Shown here: positions 56,209-64,000 of the stretch, in pieces
Layout of the letters: each line of letters starts with the position of its first letter
How positions within the stretch are numbered: position 1 is the stretch's first letter
Origin: a virus
IMG/VR virus record: IMGVR_UViG_3300024294_000597
Length of the DNA stretch: 64,000 bases
Strand: one strand, 5' to 3'
Notes under the pieces: generated by a model
Told to the model about the DNA's origin: nothing
What the model saw: the letters and a program-made list of their open reading frames with translations, nothing else
Databases searched by the model: none
Made by a program: the position numbers and the translations under genes

Positions 56209-59200
56209 TTACATCATTGTAAACATGACCCATGCATGGGTATCAGTACCAAATGAACGAGATGCGCCGGTGTCTGCTTCTCTAAGTTTCAATGTAACTG
56301 TTGATGACCCTAGTGAACCAAATGCTGTTGGAGAACCGGCTGAACCGCCACCCGCTACTTTACGAGTTGATATATCTTTGTTCAGTGGCATTATAACGTA
56401 TTCATTTGAGCCTCTTGCATAGCCATATATTAATATATTAGCTGGCGGATAACTATGCCCTGAGAAAGTAATCTCAACGTCACCGCCTGTAGTTGATAAA
56501 ATTGTTGCACTTACACCACTTGAAGTGTTTGATATAGAACTCAAACTACCGTTAGTTGCATAATTTAATTTAAATTTCTCAGTAGAAGTTCCACCTCCAC
56601 CTCCACCACCAGATGCCGGAGCCGCTGGAGCATATGAATTGTTACTACTGTTCCACGTTAATACATCGCCATTATTTGGTGTATCTGTGGCAACATCTGA
56701 TAATTCTGTAATTGATTCGCTTGTTAAGTCAGTTGTGCTACCTGATGTAGCAACAAATTTTGTTCCGTCCCATGCTAAGTAATCGCCTGTGCTAACACCT
56801 GATATGTTTACATCTTGGAAGTCGCCAACAGAAGAACTTGATAAGTCTGGTGTACCGCCTGTTTCATTGACTGGTGCCCATTCTGAGCCTGACCATTTTA
56901 ATATTTGTCCCGTACTCGGAGCGTTAGCTGATACGTTTTGTAAATCGCCGATATTTGCATTCAATGAGAACACATCAGAATTTAACTGTAAACCAGTTCC
57001 TGCTGTGTATGTGTCACCTAGTAGATTTCCGGTATCTGTTAAGTCATCGATATCTGTAGGTATAGTTGGCTTATTCTTTATGTTTGTCCAATCCATTACG
57101 TCTTGGCTGTTGAACATCAAGTTTGCGCCAGTAGTATTAAGTGTGTTATTACCAATGTATAATGAGTTATCACTTAAGAACAAGTGTCTAATCTTTTTAG
57201 ATGCACTACCAATATCATATGTTTCAGTTGTATCTGGTAAGATATGAAAATCAAACTGACCCATATATGATTCAACATCTGAGTCACCGTATGATGAACC
57301 ACCGCCACCTGTTACAGTTGAGAATGTAAAGTTACCCGAACCATCAGTTGTAAGAACTTGGCCACTAGTACCAGAAGGCATAGTCAAATCGCTCAATGTA
57401 CTTGGTATCAAACTATTTGAGTCTGCTAACTGATTAATGTCTGTAATCGCTGTAGGCTTGCCTGTCAAGTCACTATAAGCACCGCTAAATGCATCTGTGA
57501 TGCCATAGCCTGCTAAGGTCGATGGTGTACTTGTTACATTGCTCCATGCTATAGATGATGCATTGCCTAATAAATTACTATTATCAGTTAGGTCACCCAA
57601 ATCTACTGGAATGCTTGGTTTGTTTGATAAAGATACATAGTTACCATCGAATGTAGTAAATCCTGTATCATTAGTCAAATCACTTACTTTAGATGGTATT
57701 GTTGGTTTACCAATCAAATCTGAATATATACCACTAAACGTACTAAAGTTAGTTAAGTTTGGAGGAGTATATGTGAACACACCTGACGCTGAACTATATG
57801 TAAGTGAACCATTACCACTTGCATTTTGTTGAGAAACAGAAACTGCCGTTCTTGCATCTGCATCTGAATATGTTGAACCACCACCTGTAGAAGCGATAGT
57901 TAATATACCACCTGCTCCTGGTGTGATAGTAATGTTTGCACCTGGCAATAGTTGTGAACCTAGTCTTTGGTCTACTCTTGAATCTGTATAATAAAGATTA
58001 TTCGTACCTTCAGTAATTATATCACTGTTAGTTGCTTGAATTCTTGAATCTACACGTGAATCTTTATAGTAAAGATTAGTCGAACCTTCTGCTAATGCAT
58101 CTGTGCTTGTCAGTACTAAATCATCGTCTGGTTCAAATCTATTTGCTGATGCGTTCCATTTTAGAACTTGTCCGTCAGTTAAGCCTGCTGTACTCACATC
58201 AAGTAAGTCATTTATACCTGCATTTAATGTAAACTCGCCGCTTACACTATTGTATTGTAAACCGACGCCTGCACTTAAATCTGTTAAGGCTATTCCTGCA
58301 CCACCAGTTGAAGTTGAGTCAGGCGATGCCGCCCATTGCGACCCATCCCATTTTAGAACTTCACCAGTTGCTGGAGTACTTGAACTTACGTTTGTCAGGT
58401 CACTTAATGATAAATCTAAATTCTGAATTGTAGCACCATTGAAGTCTACTGTACCTGAGAATGATGATGAACCATTTGATGAAATATTACCACCGAAACC
58501 TGCTGAACCACTCGTATTATCAAGTAGAACATTACCGTTAGTATCGTATAGTTTACCTTCGAATGCATTTGCTGTAACTGTAGTTGTTGTAGTAATACGA
58601 TTAAATGTTACATCGTCTGTAGTAGCAAGTGATTGGTCAGAAACAACTGCCTGAGAATATTCATACTGATTGTTAAGGTTGTTCCATACTAGAGTATCAC
58701 CGTTTGATGGATTATTCAGTCTATCAACATTTGATAAATGCTGTATGCTAGGATAAGAGTTTACCCACGCTGTACCGCTCCATTGCAATGATTGATATTG
58801 CTGTGTGTTTGCAATCGTTGTGTCCGATGCACCAGCGATTGAACCAGATAGATTTACTGTCTGATTTTCCCATTCACCTGATGTATTATTATATACTAAG
58901 AACTGACCATCTGTTGTGCCTGTTACTGTAACGTCATCTAAGTCATCTATAGTTTGCACAGAAGACCCACCAAGTGATGATAGGTCTACAGTATTACCAT
59001 TTGCTATAGTTAAGATATTGGTTGAAGTATCGAATGATAGAGTTTGGTTGTCTGTGTCTGTAAACATACCAGAAAAATCTACTGTATTACTTCCTGAGAT
59101 ACTTAATTGTGTTCCAGCTAAAGATAGTGACTGAGCGCCTGCGCCCGATAAACTTGATAAATCAACCCCATTGCCTCCAGATATCGATAAGGTCGTACCT

Positions 59201-60825
59201 GAAAATAGAAGTGTTTGGTTTGAAGGAATTGTTGGTTGATTTGATAGAGAATTATAATCTCCGTCGAATACACTACCTGGCATCCAGTGTCCCATTGACT
59301 GCGACCAAACTAATGCTTGACCGTTAGTTGGGATATGTCCTGGTGTCGTTGTATCTACGTCTGCCAATCCATTAAGGTCGGCCGCGCCAGCGCCACCACC
59401 TGCTAATGATGATAAGTCTACGTAGTTACCATTTGCTATGGTTAATCTGTTATTATTAGTGTCGAAAGATAATGTTTGATTATCTGTATCGGTGAACATA
59501 CCTGAGAAATCTACAGTGTTGCCACCTGATATCGAAAGTTGTGTTCCAGCTAATGTTAAATTCTGTGTCGTGCCTGCTAATAGGCTAGTTGTATCTGTTA
59601 AGTCTGATACATCTGCTGGTATTGTAGGCTTATTAGTTAGGCTATTATAGTCAGTACTGATAAGTGAACCAATGTCAACTGTGTTACCAGAAGAAATTGC
59701 TATCTGTGTGCCGTTTAAAGAAAGTGTTTGTGGAGTAGAGTTGCCTCCTCCTCCTGCACCTGTTGGATCAGCGGCTACCCACTGACTGCCGTTGTAAGTT
59801 AGTACTTGTCCTGTTGTACCTGATACAGTAAGTGTATCAGCCGCGACCGCAGTACCTTGGAATGTTTCAGCGTAAATATCATTATATTTGTATGTTGAAG
59901 AACCAATATCAAAAGTATTTGTTACTGTCGGTACAGTTGATTGGTCTAATCTTACAAATGGGTCATCATCATTGTATGTTGGTAATTGAACTGTATTACC
60001 GCCTGATATAGTAAGGGCCGTTCCCAATAAAGTAAGGCTTTGTGGAACACCAGCGTTACCGCCACCGCCACCGCCTGTAGGTTGTGAAGCAACCCAAGTA
60101 GAACCGTTCCATGTTAGTACATCACCTTGAGCAGTACCTACTAATGCTAGATTTTCTGCTAATACGGCAGTACCTTGGAATGTCTCTGCATAAATGTCAT
60201 TAAATCTTCTGGATGAAGAACCTAAATCAAATGTATTGTCTACAGTTGGTACGCTATGAGCATCTACTCTTAAGTATTTTGCGTCACTTTCTGTTTTTGA
60301 ATAAACATTAAGATTTGTTCTTGCTTGATTTTTGTCGGTTAAATCAGATAAATTGTTTGCAATCTCTAAACTGCCTGATAAACTTGCTGTTAGCGTAATA
60401 GTAAGAGTATCGTTTGCTTCTGCTATTGCAAGACCGCTACCTACACTAATACTTTTTGCTTCAAGTACATCACCTGATATTGAATTACCTTTAATAATTC
60501 CTAGTCCAGTACCAAGATTGGTACCACTAGATAAGCCTGCGGCAGATGCCGCAACATCAAATACTAAGGCTTGTCCGTTGTCTGTAATTGTTAAATTTGT
60601 GCCGGCTACAAGACTTTTTAATTCTAGGGCTGTTCCTGTCGCCTGTCCTAATCCAACTCCAGTACCTATGTTCGATACTGTTGTTAAACCAGCGCCGCCA
60701 GATGCACCCGTATTAGTTGCGTTTACAAACGCATTTTCACTAGCATCATAAACTAATATTTGGCTGTCCGACAAATTGCCAACTAGTTTAAATGTAGGAC
60801 TAAATGGTTGTGCGTTAATGCTCAT
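56209..60825 (-). CDS. Long repetitive tail/head fibre protein
   Basis: QTLSL.GT.LSISGGNTVD repeats, L.DL.DV and GQVL.W.GS.W repeats, Y..L.NKPTIP repeats, Gly-rich hinges. Confidence 0.8.
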   Translation of the reverse strand: MSINAQPFSPTFKLVGNLSDSQILVYDASENAFVNATNTGASGGAGLTTVSNIGTGVGLGQATGTALELKSLVAGTNLTITDNGQALVFDVAASAAGLSSGTNLGTGLGIIKGNSISGDVLEAKSISVGSGLAIAEANDTLTITLTASLSGSLEIANNLSDLTDKNQARTNLNVYSKTESDAKYLRVDAHSVPTVDNTFDLGSSSRRFNDIYAETFQGTAVLAENLALVGTAQGDVLTWNGSTWVASQPTGGGGGGNAGVPQSLTLLGTALTISGGNTVQLPTYNDDDPFVRLDQSTVPTVTNTFDIGSSTYKYNDIYAETFQGTAVAADTLTVSGTTGQVLTYNGSQWVAADPTGAGGGGNSTPQTLSLNGTQIAISSGNTVDIGSLISTDYNSLTNKPTIPADVSDLTDTTSLLAGTTQNLTLAGTQLSISGGNTVDFSGMFTDTDNQTLSFDTNNNRLTIANGNYVDLSSLAGGGAGAADLNGLADVDTTTPGHIPTNGQALVWSQSMGHWMPGSVFDGDYNSLSNQPTIPSNQTLLFSGTTLSISGGNGVDLSSLSGAGAQSLSLAGTQLSISGSNTVDFSGMFTDTDNQTLSFDTSTNILTIANGNTVDLSSLGGSSVQTIDDLDDVTVTGTTDGQFLVYNNTSGEWENQTVNLSGSIAGASDTTIANTQQYQSLQWSGTAWVNSYPSIQHLSNVDRLNNPSNGDTLVWNNLNNQYEYSQAVVSDQSLATTDDVTFNRITTTTTVTANAFEGKLYDTNGNVLLDNTSGSAGFGGNISSNGSSSFSGTVDFNGATIQNLDLSLSDLTNVSSSTPATGEVLKWDGSQWAASPDSTSTGGAGIALTDLSAGVGLQYNSVSGEFTLNAGINDLLDVSTAGLTDGQVLKWNASANRFEPDDDLVLTSTDALAEGSTNLYYKDSRVDSRIQATNSDIITEGTNNLYYTDSRVDQRLGSQLLPGANITITPGAGGILTIASTGGGSTYSDADARTAVSVSQQNASGNGSLTYSSASGVFTYTPPNLTNFSTFSGIYSDLIGKPTIPSKVSDLTNDTGFTTFDGNYVSLSNKPSIPVDLGDLTDNSNLLGNASSIAWSNVTSTPSTLAGYGITDAFSGAYSDLTGKPTAITDINQLADSNSLIPSTLSDLTMPSGTSGQVLTTDGSGNFTFSTVTGGGGSSYGDSDVESYMGQFDFHILPDTTETYDIGSASKKIRHLFLSDNSLYIGNNTLNTTGANLMFNSQDVMDWTNIKNKPTIPTDIDDLTDTGNLLGDTYTAGTGLQLNSDVFSLNANIGDLQNVSANAPSTGQILKWSGSEWAPVNETGGTPDLSSSSVGDFQDVNISGVSTGDYLAWDGTKFVATSGSTTDLTSESITELSDVATDTPNNGDVLTWNSSNNSYAPAAPASGGGGGGGTSTEKFKLNYATNGSLSSISNTSSGVSATILSTTGGDVEITFSGHSYPPANILIYGYARGSNEYVIMPLNKDISTRKVAGGGSAGSPTAFGSLGSSTVTLKLREADTGASRSFGTDTHAWVMFTMM

Positions 60826-60837
60826 ATCTGTGTTCCT

Positions 60838-61209
60838 TTAGTAATTCAAAAAGATTTTCTCTACGTAACCCGCTTGAGTAAAATCTGATATACCCAAAGA
60901 AGTCCTGTCTAAAGATGCTCTTAAATAAACTAAGTTAGCCACGAATGTGAAACCTTCAACTCCTGTGAAGTTTGTGTAATCTTTGTAAGGCAATCCACTG
61001 AATAGTACGTCAAACCAGTCATCCTCTGTAGGATTAGTGGCTAATGTACCTTGGATTTTAATTCTACCTGAAAAATCTTGACCGTAAATTGCTACAGTAT
61101 GTATTCCATCTGTGTAACCGTAATAACTGTCACCAGGAACTGCATTGCCAGTAGTGTTTAGTTCAAGAGTACCTGTCTGTGGTAAAAGTGTAACTGTTTT
61201 ACGTGCCAT
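60838..61209 (-). CDS. Probable structural protein
   Basis: GDSYYGYTDGIHT..IQGTL..P.EDDWF; GATAAATA at 61267-61274. Confidence 0.65.
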   Translation of the reverse strand: MARKTVTLLPQTGTLELNTTGNAVPGDSYYGYTDGIHTVAIYGQDFSGRIKIQGTLATNPTEDDWFDVLFSGLPYKDYTNFTGVEGFTFVANLVYLRASLDRTSLGISDFTQAGYVEKIFLNY

Positions 61210-61265
61210 TTATTCTCCAACCTTTTCGTAATTAACTTGTATAGTTCGTTCAATAATAACTATAC

Positions 61266-61973
61266 TTATTTATCTAAATCACTTAATAGCACGGATTTTG
61301 TTATGGTACTAATGCACTCACTTGCAACAAAAGTTAGCAAATCTGTATCAATTCTCTCACGGCAATAAATTGCGTATAGTTGATACGGATGATGAATATA
61401 TCTGCCCTGTTTCTTTTGCATATATACAGGATCAAAACGCATCATATTAGAGTTAAGTCTATAATTTGGATTATGTGCATACATTTTGTACAAGTCGTGA
61501 CCTGTATGGTCAATAAAATCTCTATTAGGCTTGAATACTATCTTATATTGATATTTTTTAAACCATAGCGACCTCTTTATTTCTACTCTACGGTCAAAGC
61601 TATCTAATACCTCTTTTAGATTTTCAATCATAGGCTCAGCGTAGCTTTTATGCAAATCTACATATCTTTGTTTTGCTTCTTCATAATCAGACTTATGTTT
61701 AAAATACACATGAGTTAATGCACCATTATTGAATTTTACGTTTTTAAACTTTTTTAAGTAGTTATAGCAATTAATTCTAACTGATTTTTCTTCATCGTCA
61801 CGTGGCATATCAAACCACCAATCATTAATAGCTTGTGGATTTTCTTGGAAATGTCTTCGCCAAAATAAGCTGTCTTTATCTGGGAATCCAAATAAACGCT
61901 TAAATGATATCTTATATGGGTGAGTCCCATAAAATAATTTAGTTACTTTTTCCGTAATCAAAATCAATCTCAC
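61266..61973 (-). CDS. Hypothetical protein
   Basis: 235-aa ORF. Confidence 0.6.
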   Translation of the reverse strand: MRLILITEKVTKLFYGTHPYKISFKRLFGFPDKDSLFWRRHFQENPQAINDWWFDMPRDDEEKSVRINCYNYLKKFKNVKFNNGALTHVYFKHKSDYEEAKQRYVDLHKSYAEPMIENLKEVLDSFDRRVEIKRSLWFKKYQYKIVFKPNRDFIDHTGHDLYKMYAHNPNYRLNSNMMRFDPVYMQKKQGRYIHHPYQLYAIYCRERIDTDLLTFVASECISTITKSVLLSDLDK

Positions 61974-64000
61974 TATTTTTGATATTAATTGTTACTGCGC
62001 CACCATCGACAAGTTTTCCAAATAATATTTCTTTTGATAAAGGTTTCTTAATGTAATCATTGACTACTCGTTGTAAAGGTCTTGCTCCCATGTCAGGGAG
62101 ATATCCTTTATCTCTTAACCAAACTCTTGCTTCATCTGATAATTGTATAGATACATTTTTATCTGATAGCATTTCATTGATTTCTTTGATTGTTTTATCA
62201 ACAATCATGTCTATGTGTTCACGTTCCAATGAAACAAATTCAACCATTGCATCTAGTCTATTTCTAAACTCTGGTGAAAAGAATTTCTTAACTGCTTCAT
62301 ATGAAGCACCTTGATTTGAATTCGTGAACCCTATAGCACTCTTAGATTGTTGTGCCGCTCCTAAGTTACTAGTCATTATAAGAATAACATTGCTAAAGTC
62401 TGCTGTTTTACCAGTTGAACTAGTCAAACGACCATCGTCCATAACTTGTAATAAGAGGTTCATTACACTTGGATGGGCTTTCTCAACTTCATCTAATAGA
62501 ACAACACAGTTAGGTGTTTCATCTACGTCATTGATAAGTTGTCCAGCACCAGCCCCGCCTTCGGCGTGTCCTACATAGCCCGGAGGGGCACCGATAAGTT
62601 TAGATACAGAATGTTGTTCCATGTATTCTGACATATCGTACTTTCTAAGTTTGATATCAAGATTATCTGCTAATTGTCTACACAATTCAGTTTTACCTGT
62701 TCCTGTTGGACCTACAAACAAGAATGACCCTATAGGTTTATTTCTTGCCCTCATACCTGATTTAGATACGAGTATAGATTCAACTAATGAACCAACTGCT
62801 TTGTCTTGTCCAAATAGTTTTGTCTTAATACTTTCTTCTAGTTTTTCATAGTTCGCATTTTGTTTTGCGTCTATCATTTCTAAAGGAATTCTTGTAATTT
62901 TTGCTACGGCTTGTTGTATTTCTTCTTTAGAAATTTTACCTTTATGTTTGTGTAGCTTTGCTCTTGCACCTGCTACATCAATAACATCGATTGCTCTATC
63001 AGGGTTAAACTTACCATGCATATAACGTTCTGCTAAATCAACTGATAACTCTATCGCTTCGCTTGTATATTCTACTTCGTGATATGCTTCATAATATTGC
63101 TTCAAGCCTTTTAAAATTAATTTTGTATTCTCTGCACTTGGTTGGTCAATAACAAGTTTCTGAAAACGTCTTTGTAATGCTCTATCTTTTTCAAAGTTTT
63201 CTCTGTATTCTTCACTTGTTGTTGCACCAATACAATGCAATTTACCATTTGCTAATAATGGTTTCAATAAGTTTGCAATATCTATATTAGACCCACCTGC
63301 CGAACCTGCACCCATAATCATATGTATTTCATCAATGAATAAGATAACATCTTTCTTCAATGCTAGTTGGTCAAATACTGCTTTTGCTCTTTCTTCAAAT
63401 TCACCACGATACTTTGTACCTGCTACTAATGAAGTAACATCTAGTGAGTAAACTGTTTTTTCTTTTAATATCTCAGGAACTTGTCCTTCACCAATCATCA
63501 ATGCAAGACCTTCTGCTATAGCAGTTTTACCTACGCCTGGTTCACCGACTACGATTACATTATTCTTTTTACGTCTTGCTAATACTTCGGTCATTTCGAT
63601 TAGTTCATCTTCACGACCAATAACTGGATCAATTAGTCCATCCAATGCTTGTTGATTTAGATTTAAGCAATAATCTTCAAATCTAACAGGTGCGCCTTGT
63701 CCCTGTCCGCCACCAACCATGTCTCTACCTTGCTGAGTACCATAATATTCTTTTCTAAGAATATCAATGGCTTTATCACGGGTAACACCTGATTGCTTTA
63801 AAATATAATAAGCTGTAGAACCATTCTCACTCAATAGAGAAACAAATATATCTCTTACTTGAAGTTTGGAACGTCCACTAAAAATTACTTGTGTTACTGC
63901 ACGATTGAAAACACGGTCTAATGATAGAGTTTTTCTTGGCGTCTTAGTATCTTCGTTCTTCGTAATATCATCACGTTCATTGAGAAATTTTTCTAGTTCT
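61939..64000 (-). CDS. clpA: ClpA-type AAA+ chaperone, 5' end outside the window
   Basis: GEPGVGKT, FIDEIH, GPTGTGKT, LLDEVEKAH, GARPL; no ClpB middle domain; frame stays open to the edge (PRKTLSLDRVFNRA N-domain). Confidence 0.92.
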   Translation of the reverse strand, partial: ELEKFLNERDDITKNEDTKTPRKTLSLDRVFNRAVTQVIFSGRSKLQVRDIFVSLLSENGSTAYYILKQSGVTRDKAIDILRKEYYGTQQGRDMVGGGQGQGAPVRFEDYCLNLNQQALDGLIDPVIGREDELIEMTEVLARRKKNNVIVVGEPGVGKTAIAEGLALMIGEGQVPEILKEKTVYSLDVTSLVAGTKYRGEFEERAKAVFDQLALKKDVILFIDEIHMIMGAGSAGGSNIDIANLLKPLLANGKLHCIGATTSEEYRENFEKDRALQRRFQKLVIDQPSAENTKLILKGLKQYYEAYHEVEYTSEAIELSVDLAERYMHGKFNPDRAIDVIDVAGARAKLHKHKGKISKEEIQQAVAKITRIPLEMIDAKQNANYEKLEESIKTKLFGQDKAVGSLVESILVSKSGMRARNKPIGSFLFVGPTGTGKTELCRQLADNLDIKLRKYDMSEYMEQHSVSKLIGAPPGYVGHAEGGAGAGQLINDVDETPNCVVLLDEVEKAHPSVMNLLLQVMDDGRLTSSTGKTADFSNVILIMTSNLGAAQQSKSAIGFTNSNQGASYEAVKKFFSPEFRNRLDAMVEFVSLEREHIDMIVDKTIKEINEMLSDKNVSIQLSDEARVWLRDKGYLPDMGARPLQRVVNDYIKKPLSKEILFGKLVDGGAVTINIKNSEIDFDYGKSN

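Noticed and set aside
1-64000. Stop-codon reassignment, or a cellular origin for the contig
   Set aside because: The standard code gives full-length genes and there is no suppressor tRNA. T4-like polymerase, clamp, RNase H, late motifs and fibres show the host-like genes are phage-borne.

Overview
A 64-kb, AT-rich, densely coding segment of a large (probably jumbo) T4-related myophage genome. Almost all genes are on the minus strand, and both ends cut through genes. The host is probably a marine alphaproteobacterium; this is inferred from GANTC-containing promoters, pseudoazurin and SbmA. Blocks in order: (1) 0.6-7.4 kb: DegP, SbmA/BacA, PMM-like HAD, RNase H, rhodanese, MetK. (2) 7.5-18.6 kb: a replication-linked 7-deazaguanine base-modification locus (QueE, FolE, glycosyltransferase, APRT-like, QueD-like, TGT/DpdA-like, sliding clamp, MTase, family-B DNA polymerase, DsbA/GapR-like). 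(3) 18.7-28.1 kb: late genes that share an M(K/R)Lx(E/Q/D) N-terminus and have [ILV]-x-E linker sites, including a 1247-aa multi-enzyme polyprotein (ParB-like x2, HD alarmone hydrolase, GNAT-like, CCA-adding enzyme, HAD nucleotidase). These look like protease-processed, capsid-packaged cargo. (4) 28.2-29.5 kb: small early genes behind sigma70 promoters with a fixed-position GATTCG (CcrM/GcrA-type) site. (5) 29.5-48 kb: accessory genes, including five tRNAs, a plus-strand island of modifying enzymes, Fe-S assembly genes, ACP, pseudoazurin and an ExbB/ExbD-like trio. (6) 48-61 kb: large fibre/structural genes. (7) ClpA, truncated by the window edge. All functional calls come from motif recognition by eye; no searches were run.
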